Source: Nageia nagi | Taxonomy: Eukaryota; Plantae; Pinophyta | Assembly (NCBI GenBank): GCA_050084985.1 | Contig: JBITNC010000002.1 | Coordinates: forward strand, 5,890,001 to 5,954,000 | DNA: 64,000 bases | Direction of reading: 5' to 3' | Shown here: positions 34,601-49,600 of the stretch, piece by piece | Layout: the number at the start of each line of letters is the position of its first letter | Position numbering within the stretch: the first letter of the stretch is position 1 | Notes under the pieces: model-generated | Database searches by the model: none | What the model saw: only the letters and a program-made list of their open reading frames with translations | Told to the model about the DNA's origin: nothing | Program-made: the position numbers and the translations under genes

Positions 34601-37600
34601 CCGATGTCTGTGATGTGGCAACCATAGATGTCTATTATGTGCTATTCAGAAAGCTCTGCATGTGTGAGAAGCATGGTGTCAAAAAATCTCAACCTCAAAC
34701 ATAACTGCCACTAGCAGAGGTTTGCAATACAAAGCACCATAGATCTTCATACTCCAAAGACTTCACTTATTAGTGCAAAGCAGTGTAAGAAGCTCATCGG
34801 TCATTTACAGAAATTCCATCTATTCAGCAGGATGGGAGCTCCACACAAACTAAGGTTTCTGCACAATTTTGTGGGTAGTATATTGTTCCATTCATTGAAA
34901 TTTAATATATTGTGTCCTCTGATAAATTATGGGCAATTTGAGCATATTAGCTGGAACATAGGATATTTTAATTTCAATATTTCATTATGTTTACTGGGGC
35001 ATAAAAGTGGTTATTATGTGCAAGATTGTACCTATCATGGGAATCTTTTAATTTTGGAAACTGTAAAATGATTTACTTGACTAACATGGAATCCGCATCA
35101 AACTTTTCCAATATGTGAAAGGGATCTATGTCTGCTAGAATTTTAACCTGGATTAATTCAATAATTGCATGGTTACACCCCATCTCAACTAATAGACAGC
35201 CGAACAGACACTTATCATGGGAACCTTATTAGCATGAGTTTCCCAGTTTTGAAGGCCTTTGAGGAAATAATTGGTGGATTGTACTGCCTATGTCAGAGGA
35301 ATATGTTATGTGAGGCCTCTTAAAAGATGTGAATTGCAGATGTTGCTCCAATATGATAGGCCTAAATATGAAGAAATAACAGCTAGCATGGAAAATTTTG
35401 TTAATGATATATGGAAGTTATTTTATCAAATGACACAACAAAGGAATAATCTAGATGACATTCTCCACAAGTCGATCAGACATAGCATGAAGATATAATA
35501 ATTCAAGGATAAAAACAACAATGATGATACTGTTGCCTTGAATTGGTTCATTTGAATAGGTCTGAAAGGTGACAATTCTATAGAATGTAATTTTTTTTAT
35601 TTACAATGAACCATAATCAGCACTACAGTAAATAACCAGGACTGAGTATAAGACATTCCACAACTAGAACACAATACAACAAGAAATGCTTGCATTATCT
35701 GAATATCACGAGTACATCAATATTCCAATATGCATATTCGGAAGACAAGAGCAATGTATCCCCAAAGCACTGTGCATGACATAACAAAAATTGCTTACTC
35801 TTGTACAAGTACAATGATTGACAAATTGCTCGTAACAAAAATGTTAAGGAAATAAGGTGTCATTAATAATATTGTGACATTAAACACCTAACACTTAAAA
35901 AGTATTTTTATTTCGATTTTTATGCATGAATATATTATGCCTACTAATACATTTATATATTAGTCGAGACATATGTATAAATATAACCCACCTTTGGCAT
36001 ATTTACATCATCTTTTATCATACTTTATCATCATAAATATTTAAGTATTACAGTCCGCATATATTTTCTTGTTTGCAAACTCTAGTTTTGCATTTGTTTA
36101 TGTGAAGGTTTATAGCTTATGCATGCTTATGTGTTGGGTCTACTTCTGAACATGGTATCAAAGCTAATATGAGAAAGCCCACCCTTAGTGTGAAATTCAA
36201 CCGTGTGAATGCTTCCATTGGAAAGTACTCTCCAAAATCTTTCCAACAAATCAAATCATGTGAAATTTCGAATCGTGAATTAGAAGATATGCAAGTTGGA
36301 AGTTTTTTATGGGTGTTTACTTTTTTCTCATTTTCAACCAAATAGAAGATCAAGCTGCTCCTTCACGCGTTCTGGCGAGAATTTGAAAATAGTCCCACAC
36401 TTTTCCTCTTGAAAGAAGCTTTCCACAGCATTTCACGAACCTAATGTCCATATCTTGATGAGTTTCTTAGAGCATTTTCTTTATTAAAGTTTCATGTTTC
36501 TAAAGTTTTTAATCAGTTACTTTTTCAAAAAAGGCCTTTTTTGGAGTGATTACGTAACTTGGTCATACAAAGACCATTTTTAGAGATTTTATAGTCATTG
36601 AAAAGCTCTATCCGAGCACTATGTGACCAGGTAAGTTTGAACCTTTTTGATTTCGTAGATTTTTGGTGCTACACTCAGGTATTTGTGACATCATGGACTT
36701 CAAAATGCCCGCAAAACTTAATGGATTCAAGTTTGAAGAATGGGCCGATGAGATGCACATTAACCTTACTGTACAAAAGCTTGACAAGTACCTTGATGAG
36801 ACCTAAACGGAAGCAATTTTGAAAAGTAGAAAAGGTATTGAAGATGCAAGGATAGTTGGCAATCTCTTGAGACTGCACTCAGACACCAACATGAGGCACC
36901 TAATCATCAATGTAAAAGAAGAGGACCTTTGGGAAATGTGGGAAATTCTTAAAGAGACCTTTGTCAAGACACAACCCAATGAGACTATCTTATACAAGAA
37001 GCAACTCTTGAATTTGTATTTTGAAGAAGATGATCAAATTCTCCAATACTTCTCAACAATCATTGCTTCACAAAACAAGATCAAGTCTTGTAACAAGACT
37101 CCCTTAAGCTAAGGAGAACTTGTTGAGTACATTATTGGAAATTTTCCACCATGCTTTGAAGAGCTTGTGAGGCTTCACAAACATGGTAGCTCTTTGGTAT
37201 GACACCTCCAACAAAGCTTAAGTATCTTCGTCATGCCTTAGTATCCTTTCAATCGAAGAAACTAGTTTCCATGATTGACGACAAGTCTTCCAAGGACTTA
37301 AAAGGCAAAGGCCAGGGAAAAGGTAATTTCAAGTACAACGAGTCTTTTAAGGGCAAAGACACAAATGCACCATCTACTAGCAAAGGAGAATCCAAGAATG
37401 ATGAAAAGAAAAATAATAGGCAAAAGAAGGGACTAGTATGTAGATTTTGCAAGGATAAAGGCAACAAGGAATAAGATTGTTTCGAGCAACAACTTGCGGA
37501 TCTTAAGGAGAACCCACGACTTCATGAAAAACATCATGGCAAGAACCACTCCACAATTGTATGTGGTGTGTCTTACTACTAAGACTTCTCATAAATATTC

Positions 37601-40600
37601 TTGATGGTAAATGGTTTGTGAAGGATGCCAACTTGGCAAGTATCATAGCGAATGGGAATAATTTGAGAAAGGTAAGGCGCACCATGCTATGGCTTATAAG
37701 AACGTGTGCACTCCGATCTATGTGGACCTATGTCTACTCTTTTGGTGGTACGCAATATACTTTTATTGATGATGTTTCAAGGAAGATGTACAATTGGTGG
37801 AGAATCAAAGCGGGAAGCCCATCAAGACTTGCACTCAAAGGACTTGCCTGTTATTTCCATTGATTGCAATCCACCTCAATCAAACGAAGGCATTTCTCTT
37901 TATCAATCTTAGTAGGCTTTCGATATGTTGAAAGAGTTCAAAATGACAAGCCCGTCAAGACACCATTGACTTCTAAAGAGATGATTATGGTTAGCAGAGA
38001 TGGTTTTGAAGACTCTAAGGTGGATGCTACTCTTTTAAGGTCCATGTTGGAACTCTTCATTATCTCACCAATACAAGGCCCAATATTGCATATATGACTT
38101 CATTCCTAGCAAGATTTTTAGCTGACCCACATGAGTCACATTGGAAGGTAGCCAAACATCTTTTGAGATATGTAAATGACACCTACATGAAATGGATCAT
38201 GAATAAGTGTGATTGTGAAGTCAAGTTGTTTGGTTATTGTGATGCAGATTTTGCAAGATATGCTAATGGACAAAGACCTACATCAAGCCTTATATTTTCA
38301 CTTGGGAGTGGTCCTATCACTTGATCAAGTAAGCATTAAGAGATTTTTTTTATGTCTACAACAAAAGTAGAGAACCAAAGTATGGCTCATGTAACTCAAG
38401 ATATAGTGTGGCTACAACAATTCTTAAAGGAGATTGGCTTTGAACAAATGGGTTCTATGCTTCTACTCATGGATGATCAAATCATCATAGCACTTGTAAA
38501 GAACATTGTTATGTATCAAAGGACCAAGCATATTGAGATTCGCATGCACTGCATGCAAGACTTAATATTTGAAAATGAAGTGGAGCTTCAATATTCCCCA
38601 AAGCACCTGTAGAGGCAAAATTTGTTAGATTGCATAAACGAATTAAATTTTTAGATGTGAGGGAACGATAGATGTTATGGCTACACATTCTCTTCACCCC
38701 TATTCCACCTTTGAGGGGGGGTTGGGGTTAGGAAATAAGGTGTCATTAATAATATTATGACATTAAACAACTAACACTTAAAAATATTATAATTATAACT
38801 TTATGCATAAATATATAATTTTTTTTATCAATAAGGGGTAAATTTTGTACTAATCAAAAAAAGGTGAAGTTTTTAAAAGAACTTCTGAACCTTTACATCT
38901 CTGCTTGATCTAAGCTACAAAATGTTCAGCTAGTTCACCTATTCGGCTAAGGTGTATCTATTTTCAGATTGCTTCATTCTCCTATAATTCATTTGTTCTT
39001 CCAGCAAGTGCTGAAATATATCTAAGTTTACTGTCCTATTACAAAGGCTAACTCTAAATACGTCATAGTAGCTTATTTCATTTCCTGCTGGGTACATGTA
39101 TTCCTCACATCTTCAAAATAGTAACAGAAAGTAAAGCTGTGGAGAGTACAGCATTGCAGTGTTTAGGTTGTAGTCTTCTTTCCCAAGTCATCTCCCAACT
39201 ACAAAATATGCTCTTCGCTTCCTCCTAGGAAGATAAAGTTTAACTTATTGTGCTTATTTTTGAAATAGTTGTTATACATCCTTTTCTGCAAGAGTGCATA
39301 AATATATAATGCCAACTACTACATTTAATTTAGCCAACACCTCATTATGTGAATCATAATGCACTCGGATTCTGTGTATAATTACAACCTACCTATGGCA
39401 TATTCACATTATTTTTTATCATTATAATTATTTAGGGCTACAGCCTCCCATATTCTTTTGGTCACAAATTCTGAATTTGTGGTTGTTTACATGAAGGATT
39501 ATAGCTTATGCATGTTTATGTTTTGTTCTACTTCCAAACAAAAAACATAAGCATCATCATCACATATGTAGGTCGTCATAACACGTACAATGATAACAAA
39601 CCATAATTATGACATCATGAATGTGTGTGGACAAATGCATGCACAATTTTTAGCTGTAACAACATGTGTGTATAACATGCATACGCAATGTATACCGATT
39701 GCTTGCTTAGTGAATGGACATGAATTCCTGCAAAAAACAAATTTAACTACAAGTACAATGTCTTCACTCAAGTTAGAATTTCATTGTTGATAAGATGTAT
39801 ACTATATTCAAAGTAAAATTGATGAATTGCAAAAGCTATTCAGTTCAACAAATCAAAGATTGAAAAGAATGTATAACATTATCCTTTTATAGCTCTTGAA
39901 AACAGCCACGTATAAGCATATGCTACAATCCTCATAATTAAATTGCTCGCAGCAGTTAGCATATGCTTTTACATGGGTATATATTATTTAGAGATAATTT
40001 TCCTCAACTATCAGTGTCAAGTGTGACTTACCGGTTCACCTGAACTTGGTATTCTATGTGTAAGAAACATTGCAACATCATACCTGTGTCAGTAGATAAC
40101 CAGTAGCTATCAGATAAGCTTGTATGAAAGGGGAAAGACTTCACTATACTCCATCATGAAACATAACAAGTCATAGTAATAGAGATTTATCCAGGAAGTA
40201 ACATTCTAAATATTTTATATTAATATTAGTCACTCATGTAAATATGAAATACAATTTCCAAGATTAGCATATGGCAGTTCATGATATTCACCCTTTGTTA
40301 TTATATGAATGTAAGTCAAAACATGAGAAAACTTGAGCAAATAAAGAATAAATTTAATATAAACTACAAGCACCCTCAAAAGAATGTACTTGGCTTTTTG
40401 TTGAAAACCTCTTTCATGTAATGAAGTAAAGGATCTTTTGTCCTGATAGCATAGAATGCTTAAAATTTTAGCTAGCAATTTTTTGGGGCTTTTGCTTGGT
40501 ATATATGCTCAATAATTCAATCGGTAGTGTAGACACTTGATTTAACAAAAATGTCAATTTGAACCCACTTTTGGCTATTCTAGATTATATTGAACAATAT

Positions 40601-43600
40601 CTACTAATTTAGCATTATCTTATGTGAGTCCAACTAGGTGAATTCAAAACTAGATTTTTTATGTCTATTTAAGGCAAAAGCAGCAGACACATTTGATCAT
40701 CTTGGCATCTTAGAATCATCTTGGTATTTCACATCCAAAGTTGTACATAATCCTGCTCTTGAAAAAGCCCTAATGCTCATATTTTCTGCAAGAATGATCA
40801 TATTCTTCCGAGTATTTCCTTAAGTCAAATGCATAGGTATAAAACAGAACTCCACAGGCAATTTCCAGAATCATGCAGAATACCACTAGATGCATCCACC
40901 AGAGGTTGCTACACCCTAGAAATATATGATCTTAGAACAAAAGTGTTTTGGGAGTTGCATCATAGAACATTGGGCATTTTGGGAGTGTAACTACAATCTC
41001 GTGTGGAAGTTCACGTTTTGGTCTATTTATTGTTGTTGATGTAATAGTTTCGTAAGTTGGTTCTCAGCAATATACTCCTTTGCTCTCCTTTATTTTTCCA
41101 CAGTCCATCCTTGCCTGACAGTGGTGTCAGAGCCCAACCATAAGCTACTGGAAACTGTTGGGTGTGTGTATCATCTCAGGCTGGGATTAGAGTCTCCATG
41201 CTTCAGCTCAACTGGATATGAAACACTTTTCAAACTTATGCTAGAAGTAACAATTTATGAAGTTGCCTGAAGCATAAAAGATTCATGCTGAAGATTGATT
41301 TTATTCTATCCTTGCCAGCTTGCAAGAAGTTGGAGATAACATTGTCTTGAGTTGATTACTTCCAAACGTACTACCAAAGCAGGCTTCACACACTCTGCAT
41401 CCAGGATTAGTATTTCTTTGTCATAGCAAATAGGCTCTTAAGGCTTTGGTTGTATTTCTCGTCATTTTTACAATCTGGGTTGTCTTCTAAACTAATTATA
41501 ATATGTTTTGTTGGAGTTGCTGCTCCAAACCATGTGTTTGGTATTTCTTCAGCTGTGTATTTAGCATAGCCATGAATAGGGATAATCGCACACTAGAAAA
41601 TCAATTTGGTTTTTGTCTAGTTGGATATGAATAGGAAGACAAATTTAATACATGTTGATGGTAGTTCCATTTGCTCATTAAATCCACTGACCAATCATGC
41701 TGCAATAGATCCACAGCAGAACCATTGGTAGAGCATATACTTGTTGGCATGCCAGATAGGGGATATAGTTGCTGCACTGCAAGGAAGTAACTCTTTTTCA
41801 AACACCAGGGTTGAAATTGATTTGAACACAGACATCAGTCCTGCCATACTACACACTCGTCTTCTTCATAGCCAACACATTGGAAAGTGCAATTTCTGAA
41901 GAAAATTTGGCAATGAGAGATCAAATAACAGTTTTAAAAAGTGGATTTATTGACCTTGGAGAAGGTAAGCAACACAGAACAAAAGAGTAAATTATAGTAT
42001 ACCTTCCACATTATTTGATTTTGAGGGAATATTTACTTTTAAGAAGGATTAGAAGTGTGGTTTCATTAGCATGATCTTGAGTTTAAATCCCATTGGAGAC
42101 GATAACCATTATTAGCATGATCTTGAGTTTAAATCCCATTTGTGGCATATGAGGTTGCACATTTTACTCATATGCTCTACTGAAACAAGGTTTGAATGTT
42201 GTGCTGCCATTTACATGAATTGAGTGGTGCCATTTGTCTTAAGTCTGGGTAGTTTTTTTTTCCTACCTTGCTGATAGGCAAATGATTCACAAGGCTTACA
42301 AAGAAACCAACACCTAGGTAAAACGACATTACCACTTAGCTATGAGGACCAGTTACCTCAAAGGTCTCTTGTATGGATGTGCAAGAACAGGGCTCAAAGA
42401 TTGGCTAGGATGTTTGAAGTTGCTACCAACTCAAATAAAATTTGTTAATCAAGGACTCAAAGTGTCCCTAAATTCAGGCAAAGGCTGTTTCTCAAATAAA
42501 ACTAATAAAGGGGTTGCGAAAGCCGCGCAAATAAGTGAAAAATAAAGAAAAGGTAGAGCAGACGGTGGTATGTGAGTTTTACACAGGTGTTAATGGTCTC
42601 ATCAATTGATACAAGTCTTGAGAATCAACTCTCTAGGGCTTGTTATAGGTTCCACGCACTCCTGATCCACTTTACTAGCCAACAACACGAATGGCCTAGC
42701 AAGAGGAGCATGAAGCTAAGGCAATGATGGTAAATGATGGAACGTGGGTAGACCATAGACCTTTCACAAGGGAGTGAAGTTCCTATGCTAAGCAACATGA
42801 GGGAGCCTATAATGATCTTAATATAATCTCAAACACAAATTATCAATTTCAGCCAAGCAAATGCCCACATTAGGCCTAGAAGTGTAAATACAAGCTCAAA
42901 CAACCTCAAGGTGCCAACATTAGGGTTAGGGCATCAATTACAAGCATGAATAAAACAACAATGCCAACATTTGACTCATACATGCATAAAGAGACAAATA
43001 CACCACAACGTTGCAATAATGAAGCATACACAAATAATATGAGATCTGAATGCCCACTGGCTGTATAAATGATGTCGAATGAATAGGAATACAATATGAA
43101 GCTCCAAGAGCTAGATATTGGCCTCTAGAGAGCCCACTAGGGCACAATGTGTATCCTCAAACTGGACAAACGGATGGGACAATCTTGCTCCCTCAGAACC
43201 TGATTCCTCTCCACCGAAGGAGCCCTCCTCTAATCCCAGCAACCAACTAAATGGTGGAAGCTCAACCTCGGAATACCATTGGATGGGCAAGGGTACTACA
43301 CCAATGTCGTAGACTAATAGGATCCCTCAACCTGTTAATCCTCCTAGATGCTGCACCTAGGGGTTTGCTTAGCGCCGCTAAGTCTTCTTGTCCTTTGGAC
43401 GATATGAGTGTAATAATAATCAAGAATATCCAGTAATGAAGCTCCAATGTCCTTTTATGACACTTGGTAGGATCTGGATCTCAACTAGGAGTCATTCCCA
43501 GCTCCTCTAATCCAACGTTAGCCTCCTGGAGGGCCAAGAATGCCCAACGTGGGTGCCTAGGGATCAAGCATGCCACATGGGGGCCTAGGAGTGCCACGCA

Positions 43601-46600
43601 TGCCCAACGTAGCTCTGGGAGTCATGCGTGGGGGCTAGGTGTCATCATGGGCCAACGTGGGGGTCTAGGAGTCTCCCCAAGGCTGGCACATGTATACAAG
43701 TGTTCATCCATGCTCCTAAGTGCTAAACAGACCTTGGGATTCCCACAATCATGATCGAGATCTCCAACTACACTAAAACTCCTAATCTATGCTTGAGAGG
43801 GAGACGTCCCACTTGGAGCTCACAGTGGGGTCCATTGGCCCATTAAGTCTTCTATCCCAAGCAATAACTTAAAGTACAATGCAATAATAAAATATATTAC
43901 AAAGAGGAATCCGTTGGATTCCATACTTATTTGCAATGATGCAAAGGGGACATCATAGAGCCACCTCAAAGTGCACAAGTCTATAATGCAAACTATGAAT
44001 TGTTATGCAACCAAGCATTACTTGAAATAATTCTAAAAATGTTCAAACACTCTTTTGTCCACCTTCAACAAGATTTACAAAATGTACCAAGCACTCAAGA
44101 TAACACAAGATAGCAACATCCATTCACTTAAGCTCTTAGATATATCAATGACATTCATTCACATTCATAGTTCCAAAAATGAGAGCATTCACCATTCAAT
44201 TACTTAAAATATACCACATTCACAAATTGAGAAAACCTGCTAGCTTGAAAATATTAGGTAAGTTGTCCAATTTGCAAACTGTCTAATCCCTCAAGAAATT
44301 AGCCCTTAGGGAATATAAATAGTTTTTCATGGCAACTCCAAGTGTTGCCCTAAACTTAATGCATTTTTTTAAGAAAAATAAACATGGTCCAATGAAATAT
44401 CACCACAAGGCATTACAAGATCTATTCCAGCACTTGTGGGAGCAAATCCTCATCGATCACAAGGCTGGAATAAAATAATTATTTAAAGTTTTTCCAAAAT
44501 AAAATATCTTTGCAAAAAAATAAAATAATAACAAAGAAAGTAAACTATAATAAAATAATTATTTAACTTCGTCGTCACCTCCAAGTTGTGCACCATCTCG
44601 TCGCATGCTTCCATGTTTCTCTCAATGCAGTCATCCACCTTGTGTGTGATTTGTTCCATCTCCAATTTCCAAGCGTACACTTTCATCATATGTTTAGAGT
44701 GGCTCCCAGTCTACTAAGCATTCACATCTTCTATCAACAATAAACCATTGAGTTGGTGTCTCACCTCAGTGGTCACTTTAGTTGCTTCCCTGATTGTACC
44801 ACCCTCTTCAAGGAACTTAACTTCATACTCCATCTGCTCCATCCATGAGTTTACCTTATCACTAATCTTTGCCATCTCCTTACTTCATGAAACCGGGAGC
44901 TCATCTATCGCACTATCCCCAAGATAAACCAATATTTTCAACAAAATTTGTTATTTTCTGGTCTCCTTGCCTTGGCTACTTGGGAGATCTTGATCAATGG
45001 CTTTTGTGTCTCCAACATCCTAAGGAACTCAACCCTGTTTTTCACAACTCCCATTAATTTATCTTCTTCTAAGGAGACTTTTCAAAGAACCTCTACAAAA
45101 TGTGTCACTGCCACAATCACTTCTTCAATTAACTCCTACTTGACTGCCACTAAACCTTCCTTCAATAGTTTTTGCTTCTTGAGCTCTTCCAAAGGCATTT
45201 TCATCATCTCCATTTCTCTTTTCAACCTCTTCTGAGCAGCCAACTCCTTAAGACTCTTAATCTCTTTCTCCTTTTGCAACCCATCCTTGGTCATTGCATC
45301 TATGTTGGCTATGATGGAATGCTTTTTCCCTATGATCCTGATTGGTCCTGTGTTGATTATTTCAGTGGTTTGTTTGAGGTCTTCAGGATTCTGAAGATTA
45401 GCCTTGTCTATGTACACTATCTTTATATGGATGGCGCCTTTAGTCATATGCATATATTTTTTACTCTTTTTTGGCCAAGTGGAGCTCTCTCCCATTTGAT
45501 TGTCATCTAAAGCATCTTCAAACTCCTCTCCAACATTCATATTGAAGATGTCAAGGCATTCATCCACATCAATGCCCCACTCATCAATGGGTGTGGGTAG
45601 ATGTGTCTCAACAATGGGCTCTTGTGTGGTTTTGACTTCTAACCTTCGTCTCTTCAATTGGCTCACTTATTCATTTGGGTTTTCCTCATCATCTCCATTT
45701 CTTGAATGTTGTGGATGTGGAGTTCTCTTGAATTGCAACATCTTGGGAACTTATTTTTAAATTGGACTCTTCCCCTCCTTGATGTGGAAGGATTCAATCG
45801 TGTGGGCTCATGTCTCTCTCCCAAAAATTGCAATGACTCTTCTTGGCCCTCTTCCATAAGATGGGCTTGCCTTTCAACTTGTTCAACATCGACTTGGTGT
45901 AAAATCAAAAATTCTCCAACGCAAAGATTAGCTAATTAATAACAATCAAGTATCAAATTAGGGCCTTATAGACACAACGAACTGATCTAGGGCATCAAAC
46001 ATGCAATAAAATATGCCAAAAACCCCAACATCTCACTCCCTTAGCCAGAAAACACCACAATAAGCCAATGTCACACTTGGGCATCAAATATCATGCAAAA
46101 TATACCATTAATGGGCCAAGAAACATGACATCATACTCAAGGAAGCGATATTACATCAAGCGCACATCAATATGAGTTTCAATATCAAAATCAATATCTT
46201 CAAGTCTTTAGAACTCTTTAGAACTCTGAAGAGAAGAAAAAGTTTCAATATCAAAATCAATATATCCTCACAATGGTGCTCCAATGCCTTACATAACACA
46301 ACCTGGATCTGGATCTCACATAGGAGTCACCACCCCAACCTCCAAGTCCAACGTTAGCCTCCTAGAGGCCCTCAAATACCCAAACGTGGGGTTAGATGTG
46401 TTCCCCAATGCGCTTAGGTATCATGCATATGCCTCTCTAATCCAGCGTTGCCTAGGGATGCCAATAATCACATTTAGTAGTCCACATTACAAGATCCAAT
46501 GGCTAGATATGCAACACCTCATTTTTGGAAACTAATGTTGCATTTTCAATTATTAATTGCCTTGGAATCATGAATTACAACTTATACAAGTGGCCCCCAT

Positions 46601-49600
46601 TATAATGCACTAAATCTACTCTTAACTATCAAACTTACATCTAAATACCATCACCAACAAACTCATATCCCAAGGAGAGGGATGTCACACTCCAAGGGGC
46701 CAATATGGAGACGTTCTCGGATTTCTATGCACGGACGAGATATGGAAGACTGGTCCCACTGGCAAATTTCAAGAGGCCATAACTCTTTTGTTTCTTGATG
46801 AAACCATGTCCTATAACCTGTCAAAACGTTTCCCACAAGCTGCTCTATCCAATGAATTAGTCTAATCAACCATTCAAAACATGTGGCGAACTCCATCTCT
46901 AGGCACGTCAAATTAACAATAGATAATTCATCCTAAGCTTGGGAGGAAAACATTCCACTTTGGGGCTCACAATGTGGGTCCATATGACCATTATTATTCT
47001 ATCCCAAGTTACTACTAATGCAAAAACAAATTATTTACAAAAGGAACACCTAGGATCACAAATTTCATTAATTTTGGTTAGGATGTTACACTTGGTCATT
47101 CACCTCACCCTCTTCTGTTGCTTCATACTTTGAATTAGAAGACTCGGAATCTAACGGTGGCATAGCTGAAGCTAAGGTTGGCTCTTCTAATGGGTTGTTT
47201 TGGGGGTGATGGGTCCTTTTCTATATTCCTCACACACCTTACCCTCTTATCCAAGGCTACTGTGATGTTCCTTTTATATATATATATTTTCTAGCAAACC
47301 CTCAACATAAAAATGCAGAGTTAAATTGCAGCAATACAACTCATAAAATGCTCATAACATAACACAAGTATGAGGAGAAATCAGCCAGTATCATTTATTA
47401 AATATTGTCAAACCAATATAACAACTAAAATGGACAAATGGAGTCCCCAAGGAACTCAAAATGCATATACAAACTCCTACAAGTGGGACGAACTGACCCC
47501 AAGGCTGAACTGATGCAAAAACTCCTCAAAAATGACCCCAAATACAAGCATAAGGTTTGGGGCTGCCAACAGGTCTGAAACACGACACAAATGCTCCCAA
47601 AAATGCCACAAACAACTCACAGATGCCTCTTTTTGTATTTTTGATATTTTAGGGCAACAACACCTTCAATGAAATTGCCAAAACCTCAACCATGCACCTC
47701 CAATGCACTATGGGAATGAGCAAGACCTGCAATCTCAACTCATGGAAACTCTAGGGTTTCAATATTCAATTCTAATATCAACATAACATGCCCAAAATGA
47801 GACTCTCACTTCCTTTTATATGATGAGGTTCTATTTTTGCATTCACATTTCCAAAACCGTAAAATCACTTAATGCCTTATTTAAACTTCATAACATAAAG
47901 AAATAATAATTAAAACTAATATTATGTCTCCTAACACATTGCTCCCTTTTTTTTATTATTTATTTCCTAAGTATAGGAGACAAAACTAATTATTTCAATT
48001 TTGGGACATTACAAGTCCACCCTCTTCAAATTGTTCGTCCTCAAGCAATTCCAAAGCTGGATGGTTCGAAATTTCATCAACACTGTACCCAAACTGTCTC
48101 AAACACTCGTGTGTCAAAACCCCATACTGTTTCTTCGTTACCAAGCCCATTCTGAGTGCATAACAAGGCTGATTTTCTGATAACAGCAGTAAAACCATGG
48201 TGTTTGCACTCCCAAAATGTAGCCAAACTGAGTGATTCTCCATCCCTTATAGTCGTACTATGCATGAGCATCAACCAATCAACAATGATACTAATTGGGC
48301 TTTTAAGAAAGTGGCTGCAATGTAAGTGTAACAGGTCTAATTTGCTCTTTCCAACAACCATAAATGACTCACAATCATCTACACTCATGCTTTCATTGTT
48401 TCCCATCAATGTGCCATGCATAAATGAAATGTAGCTATCAATCATACCAAGAAAATAGAGACTGAAAATTGTATGTACAGCAGTATTATTACAGTCATAT
48501 ATCCATTTTACTCCCCCCATATGAATTCTACACCAAACCAAACATTAGGGACTTCATTAGGAATGCTTTTCTTTACAACACTCAATCTACATACCCCTTC
48601 CAATGCCCCCTCATGCTGCTGTAGTAACCTTTAACTGAATATGCGTACCATGGATGAATACCTGCTCATAATTTCATGCTCACTCCCAAGACAAATATGA
48701 CTATGTGCTCCCACAACTGAGAATACACCTTCAAAACCAACCAATGCAAAAATTGTATAACTCAAATTCATGGCAAAATGAAAGTTACCTTCCCAAATGT
48801 GTGGAGGTTGGCATCACCACAAGACACCAATTTCTGAAACTTATCAAGTTTCCTATCAACAAGCTCATCAAAATTATGCCCAAAAGAAAATAGTGTGCTG
48901 CTATCATAAAAAGCAGAATTCAACTTGTACCTATTTGGAATGTTTCCATGGCTACTCAAGTCTGAATTTATCTTTTTTTTCCTTCTATAACTAATCGAGG
49001 CACCTTTACACATGAATTTTTCTGATCTTACCTTTCCTAAGTTAAGCAAATGAACACATATGCAATATTTCAACTCATGCATAGCAGTCTCAAATCTTAT
49101 TGCATCAAAGATCATGCAGTGTACAGCCATAGTCATGTGAATTGCAGCCATGCTAATTGTCATCAGAACAATCCAAAACATCTTGCAAAGTGGAGTACAA
49201 AACATGAAGGAAGTTGTACTAATGTTTTGACAACGAGTATGTATAAAACCTTCCTTTGTGCATGCCCAAATAAACTCACAAATCAAATCAGTTTCATGTG
49301 CAACTTCTACAATCTCAAAACTGTATGCCATCTTATGCATTTCAATGATCAAATACCAACTTGAAATCCTCCGATGTAGTGTGCTCCAAATTAGACCTAA
49401 ATTGAAGATGTACAAGGCTCCAAAGTGTGCTTAAGAGTCTTCACAAAGGCTACGAACTATACAAAAGAAGAAAAAATACGATCAAGACTACCCAAGTGCT
49501 TCTCCAAGACCCATGAATTGCTCAAAGTGTCTTCCAACTCCAACAATCTGAAAATGAAATGATCATTTTCCCATCTGTAACTGTTACACATTCTCAAAAT

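Larger units (their letters stand above)
31150..34860 (+). mobile_element. Decayed gypsy gag-protease, interrupted by a solo LTR and a small LTR-like element
   Basis: Plus strand DWIQKLEH...KIKI.ILK...IWWE gag (~31200-31310); protease-like IVD...EETIKRL...PQPYPVS (~34405-34505). Confidence 0.7.
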
